DNA of 64,000 bases, taken from Bdellovibrionales bacterium (GTDB lineage Bacteria > Bdellovibrionota > Bdellovibrionia > Bdellovibrionales > UBA1609). The position numbers and the translations under genes are program-made. Shown here one piece after another: positions 45,110 to 55,878 of this stretch; the stretch's first letter is position 1, and the number at the start of each line of letters is the position of its first letter. Location: positions 1,056,001 through 1,120,000 of the forward strand of contig CBDCMT010000001.1 of NCBI GenBank assembly GCA_965219095.1. The letters are read 5' to 3'. The notes beneath the pieces are model-generated. The model did no database searches, was not told the DNA's origin, and saw only the letters and a list, made by a program, of their open reading frames with translations.

Positions 45110-46408
45110 ATGAAAAACATTTTTAAAATCATATTTATGATCAGCTTTTTGAGTTGTGCTTTCATCTTCCATAGACCTCTTTTATTGTGGGCTAAAGATA
45201 AATATACAAGATTTAAAACGATTACGGAAGTTTTGAATTTAGTCGAAAACAACTATGTTGAAAAGGTTAATATTGATAAACTGTTAGTCGGTGGCATCAA
45301 AGGTATTCTCAGTGAACTGGATCCTCATACTACTTTTTTGACCAAAAAAGCTTTTGAACGATTTCAAGATGACTCCACAGGAACATATGGAGGTTTAGGA
45401 ATTAACATTACTTTGAGGGAGAAGTTTATTATAGTGATTGCCCCCATTGAAGATAGCCCCGCATGGAAGGCCGGTGTAAAAGCAGGAGATAAGATCATAG
45501 GGATTAACAAACAAAGTATTGAAGGTCATAACCTTTCTCAAGTTTCTGAAAAACTAAAAGGAAAGCAGGGTACAAAGGTCACATTAACAATTTTAAGAAA
45601 GGGACTAAAAAACCCTAAATTCATTACCATTAAAAGAGGAAAAATTTTTCTTAAGTCAGTCAAATACAAAAGCTTAGGAGATGGTTATGTTTATATAAGA
45701 ATTACAAGTTTTATTAATAAAACAACAAAAGATTTAAAGAGAGTTTTAAGAAAATATATGAAAAAAAATAAAACAATTAAGGGGCTTGTTTTAGATCTTA
45801 GAAACAACCCTGGAGGTCTTTTGAGCCAAGCCATAAAAGTCAGTGATCTTTTCTTAGATAAAGGTGATATTTTATCTACAATAGGGAGAGATAAACAAGT
45901 TAAAAAAACAGTAAAATCTACAAAGCTTGGAACTTACAAAGGCTTTCCTATTGTAGTTCTCATCAATGCTTATTCAGCAAGTGCTAGTGAGATTGTGGCA
46001 GGAGCCTTGAAAGATAACAAGAGAGCTCTTCTTATAGGAAAGAGAAGCTTTGGAAAAGGCTCTGTTCAAACATTGATTGAACTGCATGACGGTTCGGCTT
46101 TAAAACTAACCGTCTCTCGTTATTACACACCTAAAGGAATTTCTATTCAAGCTGAAGGAGTAAAGCCCGATATAGAAATCAAACAAATTGATTTAACTAC
46201 AGCTTATGAAAAGGAAGAAAAAAAGTTTTCAATTTTTAGAGAGAACAACATAAGAGGCCATTTAAAAAAAGAAGATTCTTTAAAAACCAAAAACCACCAA
46301 TATGAGGTTTCAAAAAAGGTGCGTGAGTTACTCCAAAAAGATTACCAACTTTTGGAGGCTTATCGTTATGTAAAGGCTTTTAAAACCTTTGAGAGTTTTA
46401 GTCGCTAG
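45110..46408 (+). CDS. ctpA: carboxyl-terminal processing protease (S41A)
   Basis: LDPHT, PDZ, DLRNNPGG, SASASEIVAGAL, FGKGSVQ. Confidence 0.95.
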   Translation: MKNIFKIIFMISFLSCAFIFHRPLLLWAKDKYTRFKTITEVLNLVENNYVEKVNIDKLLVGGIKGILSELDPHTTFLTKKAFERFQDDSTGTYGGLGINITLREKFIIVIAPIEDSPAWKAGVKAGDKIIGINKQSIEGHNLSQVSEKLKGKQGTKVTLTILRKGLKNPKFITIKRGKIFLKSVKYKSLGDGYVYIRITSFINKTTKDLKRVLRKYMKKNKTIKGLVLDLRNNPGGLLSQAIKVSDLFLDKGDILSTIGRDKQVKKTVKSTKLGTYKGFPIVVLINAYSASASEIVAGALKDNKRALLIGKRSFGKGSVQTLIELHDGSALKLTVSRYYTPKGISIQAEGVKPDIEIKQIDLTTAYEKEEKKFSIFRENNIRGHLKKEDSLKTKNHQYEVSKKVRELLQKDYQLLEAYRYVKAFKTFESFSR

Positions 46409-46436
46409 CCTTAATAAATGTGATAGTTGTAACTTA

Positions 46437-46566
46437 TACCATTTCCAAAAATTAATTCGACATTCTTTTAACGCATAGCCTCCTGGCTTTTTAATCAAAC
46501 TCTGTTAAATTTTTAGAGTGTTGAAAAAAGATTTATACCAATTACAGAAATTAATTCTACATTTTT
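46437..46566. mobile_element. IS630-A remnants: about 100-bp left end plus an inverted right TIR
   Basis: matches 35856-35953 and the reverse complement of 37230-37260. Confidence 0.85.
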
Positions 46567-46597
46567 TAAAAAAACTTCTCTAACACGAAGCGGCGTA

Positions 46598-46620
46598 TAA
46601 TTGAAAGTTATTTTCAATTA
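46598..46620 (+). promoter_or_regulatory. Fur-box-like operator overlapping a TATAAT -10 element upstream of fur
   Basis: TAATTGAAAGTTATTTTCAATTA palindrome resembling GATAAT-N-ATTATC. Confidence 0.6.
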
Positions 46621-46638
46621 TGAAATAATCCCACTTAT

Positions 46639-47181
46639 ATGAGCGAAACAAAAAATGAACTTTTTCTGCCAGGAGGACTAAATGTTAGTCCTCCTAAGGC
46701 GTATAAATTTGACAAACAAGTTTATTCAGACAATGACTTGAAAGATATGATCAGGGAGATGGGTTTGAAATTCACCTCTCAGAGGCTTTTGATTTTAAAA
46801 ACGATCTTCTCTTATGATAAAAAGCACATTACAGCACAATCTCTTTTTGAGAAGCTGTCTGAAATAGAACCCTCCTTAGGATTTGCTACAGTTTATAGGT
46901 TCTTAAGAGTTTTAACCCAACATGGTTTTATGATAGAGGTGCGTATGGGGGCTATGCCTGCTCGTTATGAACTTACACCTCAAAAGCATCACGATCATTT
47001 AACTTGTATATACTGCGGGAAAATTGTGGAGTTTGAGGATGATCGTATTGAAAGACTTCAGGAAGAGGTTAGTCGGAAAAACAAATTTATCTTAGTTCAT
47101 CACATACTAGAACTCTACGGTGTGTGTGAAAACCAACATTGTAGAACAAGATACAAAGAAAAAAACTTATTACCCCATTAA
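46639..47181 (+). CDS. fur: Fur family transcriptional regulator
   Basis: T.QR..IL, ATVYR.L, HHDHL.C..CG, YGVC. Confidence 0.92.
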   Translation: MSETKNELFLPGGLNVSPPKAYKFDKQVYSDNDLKDMIREMGLKFTSQRLLILKTIFSYDKKHITAQSLFEKLSEIEPSLGFATVYRFLRVLTQHGFMIEVRMGAMPARYELTPQKHHDHLTCIYCGKIVEFEDDRIERLQEEVSRKNKFILVHHILELYGVCENQHCRTRYKEKNLLPH

Positions 47182-47201
47182 AAAATAAAACATTAGAGAA
47201 C

Positions 47202-49850
47202 ATGGAAAATATAGAAAATATAGGGAAAAAGGGTTTTATGGGGGGAGTAAAAAACCGCAATCTTAAAACTAAAAATAAAAAAAATATGAAAAACATGGAA
47301 AATAGAGGAAAAAAGATTTCTGTAAGAGGAGCAAGAGAACACAATCTTAAAAATATCAATTGCTTTTTACCTCGTGATAAACTGGTTGTAATCACTGGTT
47401 TAAGTGGCAGTGGAAAATCGAGCTTGGCTTTTGATACAATTTATGCTGAAGGACAGAGACGTTATATTGAAAGTTTATCATCTTACGCTAAGCAATTTTT
47501 GAAACAACTTAAAAAACCGGAATATGAATCCATTAAAGGACTTTGCCCCTCTATTGCTATTGAGCAAAAAACAGTCAGCTATAACCCTCGTTCTACTGTG
47601 GGAACAGTAACAGAAATTTTTGATTACTTAAGACTCTTATTTGCGAGGGTGGGAGAGCCTTTTTGTCCTAACCACAAAGAATCTCTTAAGGGTCAAAGTT
47701 TAGATGAGATTTTTAGCGACATTATGAAACTTTCTCAAGGAAGCAAATTCTTAGTCATATCACCTGTTGTAAGAGGAAGGAAAGGTGAGTTTTTTAACAA
47801 AGCCCAAGAATGGCTTAAGAAGGGTTTTCTGAGGGCACGAGTTGATGGTGTTTGGCTGGAACTTTCACGAATGAACAAGCTTTCAAAACAAAAAAAACAT
47901 AACATCGATATTTTAATTGATCGTTTGGTTATGAGACCAGAATACTCTGATCGTTTAAAAGAGAGTTTAAAATGGGCTACAAAACTTTCTGGAGGCTTTG
48001 TAGGAATAGAGCTTCTTGAAAAGAAAATAAAAAATTACTCTATAAAAAACTCTTGTACTTTTTGTGATTATGTTTGTCCTGATCTTGAACCAAGAACTTT
48101 TAGTTTTAACGATCCTAAAGGTATGTGTACTGTGTGCCATGGTTTAGGTTCTTGCAAACTTAAGATCTATGATAATAGTTATGAATATGAGGAGAATGAT
48201 GAAATTGATGAATTAGCTCTTGACCTATGTCCTACGTGTAGAGGTTATCGTTTGAATCAGTCTGCTTTGAATGTTTTTCTTCAGTCTCGTCATATTGGAG
48301 AACTTTCAGAACTTTCCTGTGATAGGCTTTTGAAATTTATGAAAGAACTTTCTTTTGAATTAAATGATCGTAAAAAACAGATCGCTGAAAAAATCATTGA
48401 ACAGATTGTTGTACGTTTGGAATACATGGTTCATATAGGTACTGGTTATTTAAGTTTGAACCGTCCTACTCGTACCCTTTCAGGAGGAGAAGGACAGAGA
48501 ATTCGTTTAACTCATCAACTAAGCTCTTCTATGAGAGGTATTCTCTATGTTTTAGATGAGCCCAGTATCGGTCTTCACCCTAAAGATCATTTTAAGCTTT
48601 TAAAAATCTTAAGAGAGATTCAAAAAAAAGGAAACACAGTAATCCTAGTAGAGCACGATGAAGAGACCATAAGGTTTGCTGATCATATTTTGGATCTAGG
48701 GCCTAGGGCTGGTTCTTTAGGAGGAAAACTTATTGCAGAAGGTAGTCTTCAAGATATTATGAAAAACAAAAAAAGTCTTACAGGACAGTATTTGTCAGGA
48801 AAATTATCCATTCCTATACCGAAAACAAGACGAAAAGCAAAACGATTTTTAGAAGTTAAAGGAGCTTCCGGCCACAATTTGAAGAATTTAAATGTAAAAT
48901 TTCCTTTAGAGACCTTTTGTGGTATTACAGGGGTGTCAGGAAGTGGGAAATCAACACTCGTAAGAGAAACCCTTTACAGAGTTTTAGCACGGAAGTTCAA
49001 GAAAAGCTCTTTTAAACCAGCTTCTTACAATAAGATTTCAGGTTTTAAAAACTTGGATAATGTAATTGAGATCAACCAAAAGCCTATAGGAAAAACCTCC
49101 CGCTCCGTCCCCTCTACTTACATAGGAGTTTTTACTCTTATAAGAGAGCTTTTCAGCCAACTTCCTGAAGCTCAGATGAGAGGGTATAAGACGGGACATT
49201 TTAGTTTTAATGTGTCGGGAGGACGTTGTGAAAAATGTTCCGGCCTAGGAGAAGTGAAATTAAACTTTCGATTTATGAGAGATTCTTATGTGCTTTGTGA
49301 TGAGTGTTCAGGCCTTCGTTATAATAGCGAAACTTTAAGCATTCGCTTTAAGGATCAATCCATTGCTGATATTTTAAAAATGACTGTAAAAGAGGCTTGT
49401 GATTTTTTTTCTCATCACAAATTGATTTATAAGAAACTTGATACTCTTCAGAAAGTAGGGCTTTCTTATTTAACTTTAGGACAAAATTCTGCTACTCTTT
49501 CAGGGGGCGAGGCTCAGAGAATTAAGCTAGGACGTGAAATTTCTAAACAATCAAAAAAACATACACTTTATATTCTTGATGAACCTACTACAGGACTTCA
49601 CTTTGATGATGTATATCTTCTTATAAAACTTCTTCATAGTTTAGTTGACAAAGGCCATACAGTTTTAGTGATTGAACATAATTTAGATATTATTAAAAAC
49701 TGTGATTACATTATAGATATGGGGCCTGAGGGAGGTGTTAAGGGTGGCTTTGTTTTAGCTGAAGGAACCCCTGAGCAAATTGTAAAAATAAAAAAAAGTA
49801 TAACAGCTCCTTTTTTGAAGCCTCTTTTTAAAATCAGAGCTTCTAAGTAA
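47202..49850 (+). CDS. uvrA: excinuclease ABC subunit A (true start possibly about 47295)
   Basis: GAREHNLKN, GLSGSGKSS, two ABC modules (LSGGE, DEP), Zn fingers. Confidence 0.96.
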   Translation: MENIENIGKKGFMGGVKNRNLKTKNKKNMKNMENRGKKISVRGAREHNLKNINCFLPRDKLVVITGLSGSGKSSLAFDTIYAEGQRRYIESLSSYAKQFLKQLKKPEYESIKGLCPSIAIEQKTVSYNPRSTVGTVTEIFDYLRLLFARVGEPFCPNHKESLKGQSLDEIFSDIMKLSQGSKFLVISPVVRGRKGEFFNKAQEWLKKGFLRARVDGVWLELSRMNKLSKQKKHNIDILIDRLVMRPEYSDRLKESLKWATKLSGGFVGIELLEKKIKNYSIKNSCTFCDYVCPDLEPRTFSFNDPKGMCTVCHGLGSCKLKIYDNSYEYEENDEIDELALDLCPTCRGYRLNQSALNVFLQSRHIGELSELSCDRLLKFMKELSFELNDRKKQIAEKIIEQIVVRLEYMVHIGTGYLSLNRPTRTLSGGEGQRIRLTHQLSSSMRGILYVLDEPSIGLHPKDHFKLLKILREIQKKGNTVILVEHDEETIRFADHILDLGPRAGSLGGKLIAEGSLQDIMKNKKSLTGQYLSGKLSIPIPKTRRKAKRFLEVKGASGHNLKNLNVKFPLETFCGITGVSGSGKSTLVRETLYRVLARKFKKSSFKPASYNKISGFKNLDNVIEINQKPIGKTSRSVPSTYIGVFTLIRELFSQLPEAQMRGYKTGHFSFNVSGGRCEKCSGLGEVKLNFRFMRDSYVLCDECSGLRYNSETLSIRFKDQSIADILKMTVKEACDFFSHHKLIYKKLDTLQKVGLSYLTLGQNSATLSGGEAQRIKLGREISKQSKKHTLYILDEPTTGLHFDDVYLLIKLLHSLVDKGHTVLVIEHNLDIIKNCDYIIDMGPEGGVKGGFVLAEGTPEQIVKIKKSITAPFLKPLFKIRASK

Positions 49851-49852
49851 AT

Positions 49853-50890
49853 ATGAAATATTACATTCATCAAATGGATCCTTTCTTAATACAATTCACA
49901 GATAATTTTGGAATCCGTTGGTATGCTTTAGCTTATATTTTGGCTTTTGTTGTGGGCTATTACTTCATGATTCATCTTGTAAAACATAAGAAAACGGTTT
50001 TAAAAAAAACTAAAGATGTTTCTGATTTTTTGACGTTTGTGTTTTTAGGAGTTTTCTTAGGAGGACGTTTAGGCTATGTACTTTTTTACTCCCCTGAAAC
50101 TTTCTTCCAGTTTTCATCTTCTTTTCCGTTTTGGGAGGCTTTGAGCGTTCATAAAGGAGGTATGTCCAGTCATGGAGGCTTTATAGGTGTTATTTTAGCT
50201 TGCTGTTTGTATGGTCGTTTTTTCTCGCTACCTTTCTTAGGCCTCTTGGATCTTTTAGCTCTGCCTGCAAGTTTAGGTTTTTTTTTAGGGCGTTTAGCAA
50301 ATTTTATTAACGGAGAACTTTATGGAAGGGTAGTGGAGAGTCCTTTTCGGTGGGCTGTTCAGTTTCCTTCAGAAATGTATGAATGGGTTGTAAGGGGTGA
50401 AAAAGAAAAACTCTATACCCTTTCTCATGCTGTTAAGGCTCTCGATCCTCATATTTTAAATTGGAAAGAAATAGTTTTTGAATTTCCTCTTCAAAATAGA
50501 AATTTGATTTTTTCTGCGGTAGATCGATTGATTAAAGCTTCACAATCACACAATGAAGCTGTGTTAGAGGCTCTCTCTTATGTCCTTTCACCTCGCTATC
50601 CCTCTCAACTTTATCAATCTTTTTTAGAGGGCTTTTTAGTGCTTTTAGTTTTGATGTTTGTTTGGAAAGTTCCGAGAAAGTATGGCGTTGTGGTTAGTGT
50701 TTTTGGCATAACTTATTCTCTTATGAGAATTTTAGGAGAAAATTACCGTATGCCTGATTCCCATATTGGTTTTGAGCTTTTAGGTCTGACAAGAGGGCAG
50801 TGGTTGAGTATAGGTCTTTGTTTAGCAAGCATAGGATTTTTACTTTATTCTTTAAAGACATCTTTGAAAAAACATGGAGGCATTTTTTAA
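49853..50890 (+). CDS. lgt: prolipoprotein diacylglyceryl transferase
   Basis: IRWYAL, GGRLGY, GGMSSHGG, GRLANFINGELYGR, RYPSQLY. Confidence 0.95.
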   Translation: MKYYIHQMDPFLIQFTDNFGIRWYALAYILAFVVGYYFMIHLVKHKKTVLKKTKDVSDFLTFVFLGVFLGGRLGYVLFYSPETFFQFSSSFPFWEALSVHKGGMSSHGGFIGVILACCLYGRFFSLPFLGLLDLLALPASLGFFLGRLANFINGELYGRVVESPFRWAVQFPSEMYEWVVRGEKEKLYTLSHAVKALDPHILNWKEIVFEFPLQNRNLIFSAVDRLIKASQSHNEAVLEALSYVLSPRYPSQLYQSFLEGFLVLLVLMFVWKVPRKYGVVVSVFGITYSLMRILGENYRMPDSHIGFELLGLTRGQWLSIGLCLASIGFLLYSLKTSLKKHGGIF

Positions 50891-52222
50891 GTGTCCATTT
50901 TGAAAATACCAAACTGTTTTGATAGTCATGTTCATTGGCTTGAAACAGGAGCTTCAGCTCGTAGACTTAGTCTGTCAGGTTTGAAAAAGGCTGAAGATGT
51001 GAAAACTCTTGATATAAAAAAAGAAAATTTTTTAGGTCACTGGCTTATGGGGTTTGGCTGGGATGAGCATAACTGGCCTAGGAATAGTCAAGCTCATAGG
51101 AAGATTTTAGATGAAGTTTTTGATCATCCTGTTTGTTTTTACAGAACAGACTTTCATGCTCTTTGGCTTAATACCTTAGCTCTCAAAGAGGTGGGTCTTT
51201 ATGAAAAAAACTTGTCTCAAAAATTCTCTTTAGATAAAGGCAGAATTTTTGAAGATGAAGAGGGTTTGCCTACAGGTGTTTTAGTGGAAGGAGCTTTTTC
51301 ACTTGTAGAAGAAAGAAAACCTAAAGCGTCTTGTGAGGACATACGATGTGATCTTTTAAAAGGTATGGAGATTTTTAACCAAGCGGGGTTTTCTCATATT
51401 AGGGATTTTATGGCCATGGACACACCTTTGGAGCAAGCTTTGAAAATTGAAAAAGAAGGCCAACTGACTTTAGCGGTAGAGACGTATTTTTATGCTCAAG
51501 ATGATTTTGCACGAAGTTTAAATAAAGCCCTTGAAGTAAAATCAGAATGCTCTTCTGAACAGTTGAGATTCAAAGGTTTAAAGATCTTTTTAGATGGAGC
51601 TTTAGGTTTAGAAGGAGCTTATTTAAGTAAAAACTATAAGGATTCAAACCATTCAGGATTCTTATTGTTTTCTTTTTCTGAACTCAAAGAAAGGCTTGAA
51701 GTTGCTTGGGAGTACGACTTAGAAGTAGCCGTTCACTGTATAGGAGATGAATCTAGTCATCAGCTAGCTTTGGCTACAGAAGCACTTTTTAAAAATAATA
51801 AAAAAGGAAAGCTACATGTTGAGCACGGAGAAGTTTTAAGAAAAGAAACCATTCGATGTTTCAAAAAACTGGGAGTAAGAGTTCATATGCAACCTTGTCA
51901 TTTTCTTACTGATAAGAAATGGCTTTATAATAAGTTAGGAAGCTTTGAGAACGTTTTTAACTGGAGTTATTTAGAAGAAAAAGATGTTAAATTTGACTTT
52001 GGAAGTGATAGCCCTATTGAAAGCCCTTCTCTTTTTGACACTCAAAAAGCCCTGAAAGAAGCTCATAAAAAGGGAATTTTACCTATAAAACGAGACTGGT
52101 GGCTTTATCATAGTCATGAAGATAGTCATTGGGTTAGTGATACTTATACAGAGGTTGAAGATTTTAAAAAAATAAAAAGACTTGTTTTCAAAGGAAAGAC
52201 AGTTGCTTTCAGTATGATATAG
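50891..52222 (+). CDS. amidohydrolase (Amidohydro_3 / YtcJ-like)
   Basis: DSHVH, KIFLDG, HCIGD, VEHG, GSDSP. Confidence 0.88.
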   Translation: MSILKIPNCFDSHVHWLETGASARRLSLSGLKKAEDVKTLDIKKENFLGHWLMGFGWDEHNWPRNSQAHRKILDEVFDHPVCFYRTDFHALWLNTLALKEVGLYEKNLSQKFSLDKGRIFEDEEGLPTGVLVEGAFSLVEERKPKASCEDIRCDLLKGMEIFNQAGFSHIRDFMAMDTPLEQALKIEKEGQLTLAVETYFYAQDDFARSLNKALEVKSECSSEQLRFKGLKIFLDGALGLEGAYLSKNYKDSNHSGFLLFSFSELKERLEVAWEYDLEVAVHCIGDESSHQLALATEALFKNNKKGKLHVEHGEVLRKETIRCFKKLGVRVHMQPCHFLTDKKWLYNKLGSFENVFNWSYLEEKDVKFDFGSDSPIESPSLFDTQKALKEAHKKGILPIKRDWWLYHSHEDSHWVSDTYTEVEDFKKIKRLVFKGKTVAFSMI

Positions 52223-52355
52223 ATACTCATAAACAATAACATCTTTTATACTGAGGGAGTCGGACATACTTTTGGCTCTGTTAATCGAGCTCAAAGGTGC
52301 GAGAAGGAAAGAAATTTCATAAGCTCAAAAATTGATTTTTGGAAATGGTATTAAT

Positions 52356-53480
52356 TGTAATAGACGTTATATGATCTGACAGTTACCCTTTCTGGGTTGA
52401 TAAAAAACTGTCTGTCAGTTTTCGTTCTGTTCAATCATCTTTTGCCTTACTTTTTGTTTTCCGTCAAGGAAAGTTTCCATAGGTGTTCGACCACAACACA
52501 TTTTTCCCTGATGAGTTCTCCTTTCATTATATTTTACAAGCCACAAGTCAAGGTCAGACTGCAACTCTTCTATGCTTTTGTACACTTTTTTTCTAAACTC
52601 CACTTGATAAAACTCCTCTAAAATTGTTCTATGAAATCTTTCACAGATGCCATTGGTTTGAGGATGTCTTGCCTTTGTTTTTGTGTGTTCTATATTGTTG
52701 ATAGCCAAATAAAGCTCATAATCGTGACGATCTTGAACTCCACAGAACTCTGTACCCCTATTTGTTAACATACGAAGCAGGGACACATCATGGTCTTCAA
52801 AGAAAGGGAACACTCTATCATTGAGAAGGTCAGCTGCTGTGATAGGTGTTTTCGTTTTATAGAGCTTACAGAAAGCAACTTTTGAGTAAGTGTCCACAAA
52901 GGTTTGTTGATAAAGACGTCCTACACCTTTCATAGTTCCCACATAAAAAGTGTCCTGTGAGCCTAAATAACCAGGATGAGCTGTCTCTACCTCTCCGCAC
53001 TCTAAATCCTCTTGTTTCTTCTTCTCTAGGGCTTGTAACTGCTCCTCTGTGAAAACCAAGCCTTCCTCTGCAGACTTCTTTTCTAAAGCTTTCAAACGCT
53101 TTTTGAAAGTCTCTAAATTATTTCTTAGCCAGACCCCTCTAACTCCTGCAGGAGAAATAAAAATTCCTTTTTTCCTTAACTCATTGGACGCTCTCAACTG
53201 TCCATAGGCAGGAAGTTCTATAGCGATCCTTAAACAAGCCTCTTCTGTCGTTTGATCAACTCTGTTTTTTAAATTAGGCTTTCTACGACTTTGCTCTCTT
53301 AATGATTCTAAACCTCCTTCCTCTTTGAGTGTCTTGTAACGATAAAATGTATCTCTTGAAAAGCCCATCACCTTACAAGCTTGAGATACATTGCCTAACT
53401 CTTCTGCTAATTGCAAAAGACCTACTTTTGATTTTATAATTCTTTCTTTTACCTCCATTTTATGGAGACTTTAAGAGAAA
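52356..53480 (-). mobile_element. IS481-family element; left end lost, probably inactive
   Basis: terminus TGTAATAGACG; ORF 52415-53458 with QDTF, HPQTNGICERF; second catalytic Asp appears mutated (LTNRGTEF). Confidence 0.88.
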
Positions 53481-53506
53481 ATTGACTGTCCGCAGAAACA
53501 GGGGAA

Positions 53507-54477
53507 GTTCAATTCCCTAAAGGTATGAGTGGTCCTCTTCAGTATGGTGTAGGCATTAGAGCTTCCATCATCAATTTCATTATAGTTCAGATGCTGTCTT
53601 TTCAACGTGTTGGGGAACATTACATGGGGCTTATAGGTCGAATGATTTCTCCTGCAGTTATGTTGAGATACATTGCTGAATTAGGAGAGTTTCTTAAAAG
53701 TTGGGAAGAGCAGATGAAAGAAAAGATACTTGAATCAGAGGTCATTCATGTTGATGAGACCTCTATGAGGGTTAAGGGTAAAAACTACTGGATTCATACT
53801 TATAGTTCAGGAGAATTAGTCTTGCAGTTTCTACACCTTTCAGGTGGAAGGGAAGCCATAAAAGATATTGGTCTCTTGGATAGATATACAGGAGTGCTTG
53901 TGCATGATTGTTGGAGTCCTTACTTTTGTTATGATAAGATAACTCATGCTTTGTGTGTGGCTCACCTTTTGAGAGAGCTTAAATTTATAGAAGAAAGCAA
54001 TGGATTCAAATGGGCTACAAATCTCAAAAAACTTCTTAAAGAGACTGTGGAGTTAGTTCATAAAAAAGAGTCAAGAGTTCTGACTCAAAAAGAGTACGAA
54101 ACTCTTCAGAGAAGGTATAGGAGTATTCTTACAAAAGGCTTAAAAGAGCTTCCAGAATTTCCTAAGAAAAATGGCAAGAAAGGACGAATAAAGCATACAC
54201 AAGCTCAAAACCTTTGGCTGCGATTTAAAAAGTATGAAGCAGAAATACTGTGCTTTGCTAAAAGAAAGAACGTAGATCCTACTAATAACAGAGCTGAAAG
54301 AGATCTAAGAATGACTAAAGTGAAAAAGAAAGTGTCAGGGTGTTTCAGAACAGAAGAAATGGCGAAATATTTTTGTCGCATTACCAGCTATGTTAAAACA
54401 ATGAGAAATAAAGGGTATTCTTCTTTAGAAGCCATCTCTATGGCTTTAAATAAAAACTTACGAGAGTGAGCAGTTAC
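53507..54477 (+). mobile_element. IS66 copy, 5' truncated
   Basis: near-identical to the reverse complement of 13323-14290; ends GTGAGCAGTTAC. Confidence 0.9.
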
Positions 54478-54627
54478 AATTAAACATCTTAGACCTCCTT
54501 GTATGTTTTTTGCAACTCTCAAGGTGTTTTTCCTTGTAAGTTGCTTCTTCAAGAAAATCTTACAAAGGTCTGAGGTGTTTGTTGATATCAGCTAGCCTTT
54601 AGCCCTGAAAAAAGTCGAAACTCGGGT
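54478..54627 (-). mobile_element. IS982 left-end remnant
   Basis: reverse complement of the ACCCGAGTTTCGACTTTT terminus and leader of the 55879-57761 element. Confidence 0.8.
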
Positions 54628-54662
54628 TATTATATCTTATATCACAGCATTGGAAAACTGAC

Positions 54663-54699
54663 AGAACCTCCGGGAATCCACAGATTCTTTTGAAGAGGC
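54663..54699 (-). repeat. 48-bp palindromic repeat, partial diverged copy
   Basis: AGAACCTCCGGGAATCCACAGATTCTTTTGAAGAGGC. Confidence 0.8.
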
Positions 54700-54721
54700 A
54701 AAAACTTTAGTTGTGCTCTCT

Positions 54722-54760
54722 AAAAAGAGAGGCTGAAACCAAATTCCAGCCTCTCTTTTT
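54722..54760 (-). terminator. intrinsic (bidirectional-type) terminator
   Basis: AAAAAGAGAGGCTG-loop-CAGCCTCTCTTTTT, about 20 bp after the stop of 54782-55624. Confidence 0.75.
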
Positions 54761-54781
54761 AAGTGTGATAGTTGTGTTGTT

Positions 54782-55624
54782 TTAATCTTCCCAAGAGTTA
54801 ACACCATAAACATCAGAGGTTTGACCATTGTCATTTGTAAATTGAACAATATAAGTACCCCTAAAAACAGAAATAAAAGTCTCTTTCTTTTCTATATCAT
54901 AAGTGTGACTAACAGCATGTCGTCCCTTTGAAAACCAGAAAAAACTAGAGTTTTCACCATCAAAAGAAAAATATGGAACTTCATAACTTCCATCTTCATT
55001 AAATCTTATCATTTTAGCATATTCATCAAGGTTTTTTGATGCGTTATATTTACACATAGTTTTTGTATCAGGACTGTAATTCCCATATAAATTACACCAT
55101 CTAATACTGCTTTTATTATAAGAATTTATATAAATATCTCTGATTATCAAATCTTGCATTTTCTTGTTAGTAAGATCCAAATAAAGAGAGTATTTTTGAC
55201 CTTGAGAATTGATCTTAATTGTGTCAAGATCGATATCAATTAGAGTTTCTTCTTTCACTTCAATAAATTGCCTTGTGGTACTATAAATTAAGGCATAAAG
55301 CCCTTTTTTAAGAGACACCTCTTTGTTTAATTCTTTTTTTGTTAAGTAATGGCAACTATATTTTTTGGGAACCTCGAGAGTTCCTTCACAGGCAAAGATA
55401 CCATATTCAGAATCTTGCCCTTCTCCTGGAACGCCATTAACCCTTAAAATCCCTTCTGTATTTTTAGGAGGAGTTACTGCTAAGGGTGAAGCCTCCAGAG
55501 AGTGATGTGATTGTTCTAGTGAAGCTTGTAAAGTTAAGCTCTGAACTTCTCCTTCCACGACGTCTCCATAAGAAAGTCCTCCTAAAGACATCAAAAATAA
55601 AAATGTTAGTATTAGTTTTTTCAT
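54782..55624 (-). CDS. secreted protein of unknown function
   Basis: MKKLILTFLFLMSLGGLSYG signal peptide; AGGAGG RBS; two Cys pairs. Confidence 0.75.
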   Translation of the reverse strand: MKKLILTFLFLMSLGGLSYGDVVEGEVQSLTLQASLEQSHHSLEASPLAVTPPKNTEGILRVNGVPGEGQDSEYGIFACEGTLEVPKKYSCHYLTKKELNKEVSLKKGLYALIYSTTRQFIEVKEETLIDIDLDTIKINSQGQKYSLYLDLTNKKMQDLIIRDIYINSYNKSSIRWCNLYGNYSPDTKTMCKYNASKNLDEYAKMIRFNEDGSYEVPYFSFDGENSSFFWFSKGRHAVSHTYDIEKKETFISVFRGTYIVQFTNDNGQTSDVYGVNSWED

Positions 55625-55878
55625 AACGTAAAATCCCTCCTTTTCTAATGTTTTTTCGTTATTTTGTTTCTTAAGTCCTATTTTCTAACCTACATAATAA
55701 AGGAAAAGACTCTTATCCTTTGTTAAAAGCATACCTTGTATGAAAAAAAAAAGAAGAGATAACTTTTTGCGTTATGATTCTTATTTCGGGGTGGTAAAGG
55801 GTTTTAAGCTAAAGTTTAAAAAATACAGTTAAACAAAGACTATTTATTTTTCTACTTTTTTAAATCTTAAAGTTAATA

